Source of the DNA: the human T2T-CHM13v2.0 reference genome, Homo sapiens
Assembly (NCBI RefSeq): GCF_009914755.1
Contig: NC_060925.1
DNA: 64,000 nucleotides
Direction: 5' to 3' (one strand)
This document shows, in pieces, positions 44,351 to 62,717 of the stretch. The notes under the pieces were generated by a model. That model had not been told where the DNA came from. It was given only the letters and a program-made list of their open reading frames with translations, and searched no databases. Position 1 is the first letter of the stretch. The number at the start of each line of letters is the position of its first letter. A program made the translations under genes and the position numbers.

Positions 44351-45067
44351 ATAAACAAACACCAAAAACCAGAGTGCATTTCTCCCCCCGAGACTCCCTT
44401 TTGTATCTGGACTGTGACATTTCCTCATTTTCCAGTTTCTGGCCCTGGAAAGAGCTAGCAAACAGCACACTCCCCAGGTTTGGAGAAACCTTCTGAGCCA
44501 TTGACTATGGATTTGCCAAGGTTTTTGCACTGGGGAGTTCTGGAGAAGCTGGCCCCCAAAGTGAATTTCTGTAAAGTAAATCCTATTTTCCCATTGACTT
44601 GGCCCACACTTTTGGAGATATGTTCCTGCTGTCAAAGGCTGGTGACAGGTGGGGGAAGAGCTGGAACTCCCCTGGGTGTCAGCTGCCCCGAGCTTCTACT
44701 CATTCCACCTTGAGAGCAGACTGATGCTGGCCAGGAGCACAGGAGCTTAGAGCCAGGGGGAGATGCAACAGCAGGGGAAGAGATTTGGCATCTGGTCCCA
44801 GAAGCCTCTGCTGCCAGTGGGATGCTCTGCTGCTAGGCTTCTGGGATAGCACACTCCGTCTCCTCCAGACTGATCTGTTTCTGTTCATCTGTCCGTACAT
44901 CCTTCCTTCTCACAATCCCACCCTCCCTCCTTCATCCATCCATCTGTCCATCCATTCAGCAATCATTTTTGAAAGACTCTAGGATGCTAGGGGACATAGA
45001 GGGAAATTAAAGAGAATCAATGTTCTGATGGCAAAGAATTATATCCCAGTAGAGGTGATAGGCAAGG

Positions 45068-45815
<748 letters not shown>

Positions 45816-46706
45816 TAGCAGGGGGAACAGCCTAGGCAAAGGCCTAGAGGCTGGAAAGGGGTAGGTTTGTATGAGTCATGGTGAACCAAAGTGTGAGAAA
45901 GAAATGGCAGGAGAGGTTTGAGTCCGTTAAGAGAAGCCTTGAGTGATGAGCTATGGCTGACATTGGAAGCAGTAGGAAGCCACTGAAAGAAATCAAAAGG
46001 AGGGAAAGGTTCAGGAAGATGGCCATGAAGCCTGGCATGGGAGGAGGATCCAGAGCAGGGAGAGGCAAGCTGGAGGCCAGGAGGGGCTATATGGGCCTAG
46101 CCTCCATTAAGCCAGACCCTGGGTGTGGCTATTTCTGCCCAGCCAGCTACTCCAGCAGTTGGGAGAGGCCAGGACATAGCCCACATCCTTGGTGGATGGG
46201 CCACAATGGCAGGGACAAGGGCAGAGTGAACGAGTTAGGGCAGAGCAGCTGCCTGCCTGCCTTCTCCCCTCACTGAAGCCCCACAGCTCCCAGGGGGCTC
46301 CTCCGCATCCTGTCCCACCCTGCCCACTTCACTCCTTGAGCCAGGGAATGGTTGCCAGTACCTTGCTGGGCCTCAGCTCTTCCATCGAGCCTGGACAACC
46401 CAAGCAGCACCCTGAGAACCATCCCAGAATATGCAGAGTGTCAGAGCTGGACATATGGGGAAGCTGAGGCCCAGAAGGGGACAGCTAGTTGCCTGAGGAC
46501 ACACAGAGATAGTGGCACGGCTGGAACTTGGGGCTAGATCTATAGCATAAAACTCCTTCCAAGGGAGATAAGTTGGTGTCTCCCTTTTCTAGCTGTGGAG
46601 GCTTGAACATATTTTCTTTTCTTTTCTTTTTTCCTCTCCTGTCTTTGCCTATGTTTTCTTTTCTTTAAAAAAAAAAAACAAAAAAAAAAAAAACTTTTTT
46701 TTTTAA

Positions 46707-46844
<138 letters not shown>

Positions 46845-49800
46845 TAACATCTGCCTCTAGCCCTCTTGAGAGTAAGGTGGAATAAAAATAAATAGCCTTT
46901 AAAAAATGTCTTAACCACTCTGAACCTCAGTTTACCCGGCTGTAAAATGGGGATAATAATAATAAATAAAACATTATTTAGTCATCATTTTTCCTATCAC
47001 CTCCCTGTAAGAATGTAAACTTCACAAAGGCAGGGATTTTTTTATCTCTTTTGTTTACAAATGCTCAGCATGGCACCTAGGACTTAGCAGGTGCTCAGTA
47101 AAAAATTACTGAATGAATGAATGAATGAATAAGGAATACATATGATTTACGGGTTCCTCACAATGTGCCTGGCACTGCAGAAAATGCTTTCCATGCAGAA
47201 TCCTGTTTAATCCTTAGAACAATCCTGAGGTGTGGAATTGGTATGATTATCTCCACTTTGCAGAGGAGGAAACTGAGCCTCAGAGAGATTACACATGACT
47301 TACTCGTGGTCACACAGTTCCTGGGTGATGGAACTGGGATAGAAGCCCTGCTTTGTGGGGCCCCACAGCCTGCAGGGCTGCACAGCTGCTGCAGAGCCAG
47401 GTGAGTGCTTCTGGGAACTATTGTGGGGCCTGGCATGAAGTAGGTGCTGGATAGACCATGTCTCTTACCCTAATCCCCCCATTCCCCTTTTCTGGACTTC
47501 AGTTTTCCCACCTGGAAGGTTCCAGGGCTGGCCTCTGACCTTTTCACGGTCCTCCCACATGGACTGATCACACTAGGGATGATCTTCCCATGGCCGACAA
47601 CTCTAAGGCCCGTTGTCCTGCCTGATCATGACCCCCAATCCCGAAGGGAAAAGGCCTCTGGAGGTGTCTCAATGCTCACTTCCCCTCTGGGACCTCAGCA
47701 CCTCTGTGGTCTCATCACTTGCTTCCTTAGGGGCCCTGAATTGGCCTCCTTGCAAATCCGCCTGCATGACAGCTCCCAGTGGCCTGCGGGAGGAGTGTTT
47801 TCTCGGCTCCCTGACGGCATCTGTCCCAAGGTGCGAGGTTCCAGCTGCACGCGGCGGGCCAGGCTGCCGTTCTGTCTGGAGCGCTGCGTGGAGAAACAAA
47901 CACAGCTGTGTTTATTCCAGAAATTACACATCCTGATAATCTGCTCACTCGGGGTAATGCCTCCCAGTTAGGATCACAGGGGGAGCTACACCAAGGTTCC
48001 TGAACTTCTGGGCAGGTTGTAATTCTCTGTGACATCTGTGCTGTTGGGCAGACCTTGGGCAGCAAGTAGACCTCAGCCAGTGGGCACCCAGCAGCTTTGG
48101 AATGCCCCATTCCGAGGGGTGTGGACATTCTCACCTGGGCATGAGATGCTGGAAGGAGATGACCTTTTGTCTTGAAATCTCCAAATTAGGATTTCAAGCC
48201 TGACACCCTGGCCCATAGCCACACTGGGAGACAGAAACACACAGACCTATATTAGGAGAACATGACCCAGAATTGGATCATGAATCAAGTCATGTTGTTG
48301 CTCCAGAGCATTTCCACAACTCCCTGTTGCTTTTGGGTCACTCTTCCTTGGCCCATAGGCCCTGTGCGGCCTGCTTCCTGCCTACTCTGCCTAATTTCCA
48401 TCACCCACCTCAGTCTAGGGGTTCTAGCCACTCTGGCCTTTCAGTTCCTTGCAATTCCTAGACTCTTCCCACCACAGGGCCTTTGCACTGCTTGGTCCCT
48501 TTAGCTGGAATGCTGTTCCCTTATCCTTGGATAACTCTCACCCATCCTCCATGTTTTCAAGGAAGTGTTCCCAGAGCATAGCTCCATGGGCCAATCTTTT
48601 GCTGCATTTGTCAACATCATAATTTTAAAATAATTAATGTGTTTCTTTGAACATCTCTACCTCTCCTACCAGACCGTCAACTTTACAAGGGCAGGGACCA
48701 TGATCCAATTGCTTCATCACTTAGATTCCCTGGGCCTAGCATAGCGCCCAGCCCCTAGTAAGTGCTCAACTGATATATATTGATTGGAAGAATGAATGAA
48801 TGAATGCACGGCTCTCAGATGACTGAAAGGAGGATATGCTTCTGTTTGTTCTTTTGGGTGACAGTTGGCAGAGTGCTGTGACATCCATCATCTCCCTTTA
48901 ATTGAACGGAGTGGGATTGAAGTCTGCAGGGGCTTGGCACAGGGCCAGGCCCCAGGGTGGGGGTGTGGGATCCGAGGTGAATTAGGCATCATGGGCCTGG
49001 CCTTGGGGAGCTCACACACTGGCTGTGCACAGCCCCCTGGGAGGAAGGTCCCACTGGTATTGTTCTCCTGGATGGACAGATGAGGCTTCTAATACTCAGA
49101 GCCAGGGGCGGAGGCGGGGGTGGCTTGATGAGGCCACACAGCTAGTCAGTGGGACAGACGTGCACTCAGATCCAACGGATATCAAGCCAGGTGGCCCTTC
49201 CCCCACTTCTTGTGGGCACTTGGGTGGGAGGTGTCAGGGATCCCTGGCCTTTGGGGGTCTTGACATCCCAAGCTCTTACCAGCCATGTGGCTGTGGACAA
49301 GTTGCAGGGGGCAGCATGGATTGTCCTGCCCTATGGAGGTTTTATTCTAATGGACAGGACTGATGCCAGATATCTAGTGAGTAGCTTAAGTAGGGATGGT
49401 GCTAAGAAGAAAACTGCTGCAGAGATGGGAGGGCCAGCGAGAGGAGGGATCAGGAAGGCCTTTCTGAGGAGGTGACGTTTGAGCAGAGGCCAGAAGGAAG
49501 CAAGAGAGGGGGTTCAGGGATATCTGGGGGAGGGTGTTTCAGGCAGTGAGGAGAGCTGGGCAAAGGCCCTGTGACAGGGATGTGCAAGGCAGCCAGCGTG
49601 GCTGGAGCGGGAGGGCCAGGGGAGAATGGGAGCAGGTGACACAGAGGGACCAGCCATGGCAGGACTTTGGCTTCTACCTGGAGTGAGATGGGAGCGGTGC
49701 AGGGCTTTGAGGAGGTGGCAGGATCTAACCTGGGTTCAGAAAGCACCACTCTGTCTTAAGAGGCCAGAGAGTGAGGGACAGAGCAGGGGACAGGAAGAAC

Positions 49801-50440
49801 CATCACAGAGTCCAGGCACGAGACGGTGGTGGCTGGACCAAGCGGGCAGTGGTGGGGAGTTGTCAGTAAGTGGCCCTGGTTTTGCTCCCCAGGCTGCCTC
49901 ACATAGTTTGGGGGATCCAGAGGGGGCGGAGAGAAAATGGACCTTAAATGTCTTCTCCCTCTGGCCTGCCCCCACTCACCCCAGGAGGCTCTGTTGGCAT
50001 TTTTGGCATGGAAACATATGTCTCTTTCTTTCTAATGTAAATTGATAATGTATTGACAATGCGATCTCCTGGCAGCCAGGTTGGTGACTCTAGCATGTGC
50101 TAGATCATTCTGGCGGGGGGAATGGAGGGCAGAGGGACAGAGAAGAGCCTGGCCCGGGCCCAAATCCACCCCCATCAGGACTTGCTGAGCGACTGTGCAC
50201 AAGGCCCCTTCCCTCTTTTGAGCTGGGGGCTGCACTGGGGGATTAGCGGACCACCGAGGGGCTCTGCAGTCACACCAGTTGGGTTCATGTCCTGGCACCA
50301 GCTCTTACTAGGTGTGACTGTGGACAAGTTGCTTCACTTCTTGGAACCTCAGTTTCCTTATCTGTCAAATGGAGAGGGTAATAGTCCTTACCTTAGTAGG
50401 TGGCTGAGACATAGTAAGTTCTCAACAAATAACCATCATC

Positions 50441-50820
<380 letters not shown>

Positions 50821-51878
50821 TCATCCCACCCAAGAGGAATTTGCCTGGTCTTTGGAAGGATCTCTTGGGTCTCAGGACTTGCAGAACTTCAGCAGCAGCT
50901 GCCCTGGAAGGCAGCCCCCTCTAGCGGAGGAGATTCAGCTCTGGGCCATACAGACCATTTACAGGCTGTGTGACCTCAGCTTGGGAGCACAACCTTCCTG
51001 AGCTCCAGAGGTGATGAGCTCCCCTTATCTGTGCAGTGGGAATTAGAGGGCCTGCCTCCCAGAGTGAGGATGACATAAGAACCCACTTGGAAAGGGCTTA
51101 GAGGGTGGGGCTCTATGAATTCTGGCTCCCTTCTGCCCAGATGTGTGGGCCAACTGGCTCCCAGGAGTGGGAGCCAAGAGCTGCGGGGGCCTGGGAAAGG
51201 TGAGGGGGCCAGAGAAGGTGGGGGTGGAAACCTGGAGGCAGAGGCAGCAGGGTTTGGGGAAGCGCGTGGGGGGCCGGAGGGCGGCTCTAACTCTTCTCTC
51301 TAATTTTTGAGAAAATCTTTACCCCATCTTCATATAATTAAGAGTATTTTTAAAATGCCTTGTTGAAATAAAAATAGTCCATTTCCATATGACCTCATTT
51401 CATTCCACACCCTCAGTGCGCGTGTGCACACAGATATACACACGCACACGAATGTCTAGATTTTTAAAGCTGCCTTTTGTGCCTCTGCTGAAGGGGTTCT
51501 TATTTTTGCCTAGCAGGTAAATATTTAGGGACTGCCCCCCGGCCCCGCTTTATTTTCTGATTTGCAATTGGAGGCCCTCTAAGGTCCATTAACAGCAGCT
51601 GACACTGTGCGGCTCTGCAGCTTACAAGGCGCGCTCACATTGATATCTCCATTGCTCCTCCTGCGTTCCTGGGCGGGGGTGTCACCATGACCCATCACTT
51701 AGAGATAGGACCATCTTTTTACCAGCAGCATCTAGTCCAGACCTGGCACATCACACACAAAAAATCAGCTAGTGTCTGTTGAATACAGATGAAGAATGAG
51801 ACGCATAACACAGATGAAGAAATTGAGGCTCAAAGAGATGAAAGGATTTGCCCAAGTGGATTTTTTCCTGAGTTTTAA

Positions 51879-52231
<353 letters not shown>

Positions 52232-52646
52232 CAGGCTGCCTTTCTAACCAGCCTCTTTATTTTCAGATGGGGAAACCAAGACCCAAAGAGGATAAGGACC
52301 TGTGCAAAGTCACACAGTGATGAGTGATGATATGAATGATGAAAATATTAGCGTTATACAATTTTAACATTCATGTTAACAGTCATTTTAAAGGATTGAT
52401 TTTACGGAGTAGTTTTGCACGGTGGAAATCAGCATATACCATGGCCTTATTATGTGCCATGTTGCCATGCTGAATCCACCACTGTGAGGCAGGATTATTA
52501 TTATTTTTGTTTTAGAGGAAAACTGAATCTCTGAGAGGTTCAGTAAATTGCCCAAGGCCACATAGCCAGTAAGGGGCGGAAATGGGATTTGAACCCGCGA
52601 TTCTCTAAGTCCAAAGCCCATGCTCATGACACGCTACTACATCAGG

Positions 52647-52874
52647 CTGGTATGATTTGGTGGGGACAGAGCTAGAAGTTGAACCCGGGACTGGATTCTT
52701 GGCCTGGTATGATTTGGTGGGGACAGAGCTAGAAGTTGAACCCGGGACTGGATTCTTGACCTGGTATGATTTGGTGGGGACGGAGCTAGAAGTTGAACCT
52801 GGGACTGGATTCTTGGCCTGGTGTGATTTGGTGGGGACAGAGCTAGAAGTTGAACCTGGGACTGGATTCTTGGC
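52647..52874. repeat. Minisatellite, 4 x 57 nt
   Basis: Unit ctggtatgatttggtggggacagagctagaagttgaacccgggactggattcttggc starts at 52647, 52704, 52761 and 52818, with only a few substitutions. Confidence 0.96.
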
Positions 52875-53281
52875 CTCCTGATCCCCAAAAACAAAACCCC
52901 AGCCCAGAGGCCGCAGGAGTGGCCCTGTCAGGAGCTTCTCAGTCAAGGACAGAGCTCTGCCCTGGGCCTCCCACCCAGGGCCAGCCTGGGCTTGGGCAGG
53001 GGGCTCATGTCTCTATCAGGCCTCACTGTGAGGGGGCTTTGGAGCAGCTGCCTCTGTGGCCCAGCCTGCATGCAGGCAGCTGGTCCTGGCTGCCTCTTTA
53101 GCAGGAGCAGGATAAATCTTACCCCCCGGCACAGCCCATGCACAGCCCAGTGTGGTTCACAGCATCCTTTCCCCTCCACAGTCTCACCTGAGCTTCACAA
53201 CATCCTTGTGAGACAGTTAGGGTAGGGCTCCCCAGTCTTCATGCAGAGAAACCAAAGCCCAGAGATATATACACTCAATAA

Positions 53282-54350
<1,069 letters not shown>

Positions 54351-57300
54351 CAGAAGTAGAACCAGGGCCTCTAAGGAAGTTTACAGTCCATACTTTCTGC
54401 CTTTGGAAAAGACTGCTGGCTTACCCCAGGCCTGAGAGCAGGAACAGCTACTGAGGACAGGGTTTCTAGCAACCTCTGAACTCCCAGCAGGGAGCCTCCT
54501 TCTCCCACTTCCCAGGGGTCTGATTTGAGGGCCCTGGGTAGAGCCTGTCTCAGCTCTACATGATGGGAAAGTCTGCAATTCAAGCTTGACTCATTTGGCT
54601 TAACTCATGGGAATTTGCCTTCCTTGAAATCCTCTTCCCACCCTGGGACAGCCTAATGATTCCTATAGGGCACTTGGGACGCCCTTGGCAGTGAGTCGGC
54701 CCAGAGAGCAGGACTGAGGGAGAGGGCTGGGAGGTCAGTAGGGTCACTAGACTTAGGGCAGAGCCCCTGCCTGTGCACCCCTCAGGACCGGAGCAGCCTA
54801 AGGTATCTTGTACAGTGGATAAGAGTGTGGGCTCTGAGGGACCTGGGTTCAAATCCTGGCTTACACCTACACGCTCTGTGACTTTCGATAGGCTCTTTTC
54901 CCTCTCTGAGCCTCAGTTCCCCATTAGTAAAATGAGGATGATAAATAGCACTAAGAGACATGTGGCCCTGTCCCTGGCCCAAAGGTAGTGCTCAATAAAG
55001 ATGATCGTAGTGGTCATCGTTGTTGCTGTCATAAGCAGAGTCGGGGGGCTGTGGAAGAGAGCTCATCGTACACACGGGGGTCTACAGGAGGCTGCTCAGG
55101 AGACCTCCCTTTCCTCTTTGGCAAGACTGTACCTGAAAGGGGATTGGGCGAGGAGTGATAAGGCTGGTATGGGGGAACGTTTGGGGACAAGGCGGCCCCT
55201 CTTGCCTGGTTGGTGTGGGGAATGAGGCCTGGTGCTGGGCCCAGAGACGTAAAAGCCTCTCCCCTTCAACTTTCCTCCCAAATAATTCTGGAGGCTGGAC
55301 AAAGAGTTCCATGGGGCCCCCCTTCCCAATGCATGAGCCGAGGCTCTGTTTAGCAGCCCCCACCCCACAGACCCGCCTCAGTCACTGTGTTGGCCAAAGC
55401 ATGGTTCCCTGGGGGTGGGAAGGAGCCTGGGAGCCTCGGTGGGGCCTGCAGGCCGCGGTCTGGTTCCCAGAGGCCCTGGAGGGGGCCCCTTCACAGCTTC
55501 AGCACGAGGCCCTTTGAGGGTGGGGGCAGCCTCCGCAGCGCGGCATGTTTGCGCCGCTGACACTCTGGCAGGGTCACTGTGGATAAAGGCGCTGCCCAGA
55601 CCCCGGGCCCAGCCTGCAATGGGGCTTTCTTGTCAGAGAGGAGCCTTTTTTTCCCAGCGCACTGTGGGGCGGCCGCAGGGGGTCACCCTGCCTAGGAGGA
55701 TAATGGAGCTTTGGGCCAATGGAGACACAGGACTCAGCCGGCCCCCTCCCTGTCAGACCTGGGGAGGAGGGGAGACTGGGGGAGACCGATTGGCTCGGAT
55801 CAGCCGCCACCTTGGCCATGGCTCTCTGGGTGGAGTCAGAAGGGAAGACACAGTGGAGAACCTGGGACTCCCCCAGGCCTCCAGGTGTCTGCGAATCCAG
55901 CCATCGGCGTGACGAGGAATCTTGGGCAAGTCATCCAGTGCTTCCGTTTCTAATCTGGCTGCCTTGTGGTTCTCAGGAGAGACCACCAGGGCCAGAGCTA
56001 GCACGGCCCTTTTTAGCTGTGCCTCCCTCTCACCCTGGCCATTCAGCTACTGCCTGCCTTTCTGTTCCTACAGCTACCACCTGACCTCAAGTCTACCCCC
56101 TGCCCCACCTGGACCATCTCAGTGACTTCTGAACCCCACAAAGCATCACCACTGAGTCTTCTAAACTGCAGCTGAGACCACATTACCCTCCTGCTCAGAC
56201 CTTGGGCTCCTTATCTAAAAAAATCAAGGTCAAACAGCTGCTCGTTGACCTGGCCCCTGAGGCCTTCTCTGCCTGTCCTTGTCATCCCACAAACTCTAGG
56301 TGGATGTCATTCTCATCCATAAACTATAGGTTTCATACATACATGTTATAAACTCCCATGCCCCCAGATCTTTGTTCAGGCCCCAGCTGCTGCCTAGAAT
56401 GAATGCCCTTCTTGCTTCTGCCTAGTGAACTCCTACTCATCCTTCAAGGCCCAACTCAAATGTCCCCTCCTTGGTATATCCTTCTTTGTACTTACCCTCA
56501 GCTCTTGATTAACAATTCTTATAACACCAAGGTATGGCTAATTTTGTCTACATCACCCTCCCCCATTAAACTGGAGTGTAGAGACTTTCTTGTCTTATTC
56601 ATCGTTGGGCCTCCAGTGCCTAGCACAGAGTCTGTTACCAACAGGCTCTTGGGTTGATGTTTTATGAATGAGGGAATGAATGAATACATTGTCTGCCCAT
56701 GAAAATAACTTCCCCCTCTATCCTAGAGGCTTTTACAACTCAGCATGACACTCCCACAAGACCTTGGAAGTAGGAGGAAATTATCATGATGCACAGGCTG
56801 TTCAGATGCCTCTGAAACTAGGTAGAACCTGGAATGAGACTGGATCTGGGTCTCAGGCCAGAACAAGGCAGCTCTTACATCAACCTAGCCTCGCAGAGGT
56901 CTTGGAGTTCATGCTCTACCTTGAGGCAAGACCTGGTCAAACCATTTAAAGATAAAAAAAATACTAACTTATCGCAGAGTTGAGAATTCTCCACTTAGGG
57001 GCTGGATGGATTCTTAGAGGCTACCTGGCCCAACCCCCTCTTTGGGGATGATTTATACAGAAGCACAGATGGCTTTGTTCACTTGGGATCCTTGTCTTAG
57101 TTTCTCTTCCTCTTTTTCCTTTGTCATTTTCTTGTTCCTTTGTATTCCTGGCTCTGTGCTTATCTGTGTTGATGGTCTTTCCAAAGCCAGGAGTGCCCAA
57201 ATGTTCTAGCTCCCCAAACCCTCAAGCATGTAGTGATGATAGTCATGAGAATAACAGTTTCTATCTCCAAGCATGGCTGGGTGTCAGGTCCTATGCCAAG

Positions 57301-57934
57301 CTCTGCTGGTACTGTACCCATAGGAGCTTCCTAATGACCCCCTGTGGTAGGTACTGTCATTAAACCCCACATTGCAGATGAGAAAACCAAGGTTCACAGA
57401 AGCAAAGTAATTTCCCAGAAGTCATCCAGGTAGTAAATGGCAGAGCCAGGATTCAGATCTACAGATAACTTCCGTGTGCTTTCCTGTTCTAGGGCCATAC
57501 TGCAATTCAATCATTCATTATCGAGCCATTCATTCAGTAGCCACTTTTGGAGCCCACGTGCTGTTATTAGTCATTGTAGCCATTTACTCATTCCTTGCAT
57601 TCAACAATTGTTTACTGAGGACCAACTATGTGCCTGGGCTCTGCTGCAGAAACTTCTAGGGGAGGTGAGACCTTGAGGTTGGCATTGGCAGAGAGGAGGA
57701 AGAGAGGCATTCTCAAGCCATGATGCGGGAACCTCTAGACCAAGGTGCCCCCACAGTCCTTGAACGGTTTGGACCTGCAGCCCTGGGTCCTGTAGTCTAG
57801 CAGGTTGGGGAGGATACCAGCAGTGAGCTAGTATGCTCACTCCCAAGTCTCACCTGGCACAGTGAAGCATGCTCAGGGTTGCTTTTGTAAATCTAATATT
57901 TTATTTTATTTTTAAAAATTATGTTGTGTACTTT

Positions 57935-58402
<468 letters not shown>

Positions 58403-59189
58403 TAGGGTTTTGGCTTCTAGACTTAGCTCTGCCACCTTTTCCATTTCACCACATCACCCCATCTCTGAGCACATTTCTGAAGTGAACTACCCAGACCTAG
58501 CTCACCTGGACAGTCCACAGCCTCAAGGAATTCATCTGTGTAAAGGGTCTGTCATGGATGATCAGACCCATCCCAGTCTGAGCATTTCTGGGGTCCCAGG
58601 CAGGTGACCCTTGGGGAGTCAGGGTGAGGAGAAGCTGGTCTGAGCCTGCGCAGCAGCCCAGAAGCTGGGAGTAGAAGGAAGCTGCCCTCCCCCACATGCC
58701 CGGCCTGGCCTGGAATCGTTCTCGGATTTGATGAGTGATTCATAACCTGACGCTGCGGAAAGTTGTGCCGGGCTGCAGAAGGGCTGCCCGGGGTTTGCGG
58801 TTTTGAACACAGAGAAGAATTCCCTCGTCGGCCCAGACTAGGATAACTTACTTGTTGAGAGAGACATTTTCACAAAATAAATCCTTAGAGAAACCAGGCG
58901 CTGAGGCAGGGAGGCCTGGTGAGGGATTATCCAAATAAACCGGTTTTGAAGCTTCGGGTCCAAACGATTTGCCTGAGCCCTTCGTTGCTTCCTTGTACTC
59001 AACCTGAGGTCCCTGGTGATCCTGAGATCTTTTTCAGTGGCACCAATGCAGCCAGGCCCTCTCCACCTGGGTGATGTCCCCATCACGTGGCATCACTGAA
59101 ACCCTCTTCAACTGCGGTCACTGGGATATATTGTTCTTTTGGGGAGTGTGTCATGATCAGTCTAATCTACTGTTTTTTTCTAAATAAGG

Positions 59190-59315
59190 TTTCTATTCAC
59201 ATTTTGGGTGGGACAATTCTTCCTTTTGTGGGACTGTCCTACCCAATCAGGGTGTTTTCCACCCCTGGCTCCAGCCCATGAAATGCCAGTGGTACCCAGT
59301 ATGGTCATTGTGCCC
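59190..59315. mobile_element. MER20-like hAT fragment
   Basis: 'ctattcacattttgggtgggacaattctt...tgtgggactgtcct...atgccagtggtaccc'. Confidence 0.55.
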
Positions 59316-61384
59316 TCACAATCCTTAAAAGGTGAGACCCGTGGCCCTGGGGTCCTGCGGTCTGGCGGGCTTGGGATGGTACCTCTGTGGCATCAGCATT
59401 GAGTAAGCATGCCCTCAAGCCTTGATCATCACTGCGACAACCACAGCTGCATTTCTGAGTGCCATCTGGGGGACACCATGCCAGGCAAGACCCACTGGTC
59501 TCACCAGGGCCTCGTGTCCCACCACCCTGAGTGTCTTGCCATTCCTGGAACTCACCTGACCCTTTCAAACCTCCCTGCCTTTACTCCCACTCTTCCCTCT
59601 GCCTGGCGGCCCTTCCCCGCCCGTCTCATCCCTCCCAGAGCCCCACCCTTCTTCAGCCCCAGACCCCTCACCATCATACCGGCCCCTCCCTGCTTCCTGA
59701 TGTGGGTGGCCTTGTACTCATTTCTTCAGCTTTCGGAGTGTCATTTTCCTCATCAGTAAAATAGGGAGCAGAACAGAACCTTCCTCCCCTGGCTGGGGGG
59801 CGGTCCGTGTGAAGTTCTTGGTGTCCAGTGGTGAGCATGAGCCGTCCCTGCGATGCCAAGCCTCTCCTTGCTGACGGCGGGGATTGACGATCCAGCTTAT
59901 GTGCCCTGCTCCCCTCTGCCTGCCCCTTCTCCCTGTCCCCAGGTCTCCCCTGTGGTGGGGGATGCAGGTCCCGTTTTCCTATGGGGCACTGGCTTTGGAG
60001 ACCACCCCTGCCCCGACCCCTGTTCTCTGATTCTATCTAAGTGCTTAATCTCTCCCCCCGACCCCTATCCTCTGATTCTATCTAAGTGCCTAATCTTTCC
60101 CAGCGGCAGCCCTGGGAGACATCTCCTCTCTCGCTATGGGGCTGCTGGGATCTGTCTTCCCAACCTGACACTTCACAAGTCTGTCCCCTCTACTTTATCC
60201 TCCCCCTAAGTAAAACTCCTTAAAACCGCGTTCCTGGAGCCGTCTGTTTTCCCTCCCCTGACGACACCTGGCTGCCTTCCTCCAGCCTGCGCCCCCTAGT
60301 CTCCCTCTTATCTAAATCCCAAGCCCTCCTGTCTCTCTTTGGGAGATAAGGGTTCCCTGCAGATTACCTTAGTTACATCCTAGGTGCTCACTGCCTGATG
60401 CATAGAATAACTCTGGCACATAGTAGGCACTTAAATATGTGTCGAGTGAGTGAAAGGACCCTGTAGCCCATCTATTCCTCCTGTTCGGAGGTTTGGAATG
60501 AGGTCTAAAAGCTCAGGGAAGGCGGGTTATATTTGCCTTGACAGCCTGGTTTTCTTCCCAGCAAAAAAAAAAAAAAAAAAAAAAACCAAAAAACCTCAGT
60601 TTCTCACGTTGGCTCTGGCTCAGTGCAATAACGAAAACAAGGGCAATAATAGTTCACCTGCGTGGAAGCTGCAAATCCCCACACACTGGGCCTGTTGTCT
60701 TACATGCCTGTCTCGGGGATGGGCTTTATTTTTCTCCCTGTTTCAGAGATGAGAAGGCCGGAGCTCAGTGTGGTTAAGACACCTGCCCCCAGTGGGGAAG
60801 TGGTAGAGTCGGGACTTGAACTAGTTCTGTGTCTCCAGTGCCCATGTACTTCATTGGTACCCCACACCTCTTCTGCACCATTTTATTTTACTCATGAACT
60901 CACCCTGCTACAGATGGGAAATCTGAGGCTCGGAAAGAACAGCTTGCCCGAGGTCCCCTGGGTGAGTGGGTGGGTGGGCAGGGTCCAAGCCAGCATCCGA
61001 CCCAGGCCCCTGCTCATAGGGTCCATCCACATCATCCTCCTGGCCCATATGAGCCCAGAGGCTGTGTTGGTCTGCAAAGCTCCAGGCTCGTGGTATGGAC
61101 AAGCCATAGGGTCCCTGACATGAGGACCGCCCTGGCTGATGTAGAAGGATGCCCAGAATGAGACAGGTTGGAGATAGAGAGCCCTGTCTTCTGCATTCAG
61201 GGTGGGCTGGGAACACTTAGGAATAATGGAGGAAAGTTGGTAGAAAGGGTGGGGGCAGGGGCAAAGCTGAGAGCCGGAGCTCTGTCCAGGTTCCCAGCTC
61301 CTGGACCTCACTCAGATCAAAAGGAAAATGGGGTGAATCGACTAACTGACATTCCAGCCAGACTTCCTTCCTTCCTTCCTTCCT

Positions 61385-62717
<1,333 letters not shown>

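Noticed and set aside
52647-52874. CRISPR-like array or repeat protein
   Set aside because: The units are contiguous with no unique spacers and no cas genes, in primate intronic DNA. The repeated peptides follow from a unit length divisible by 3.
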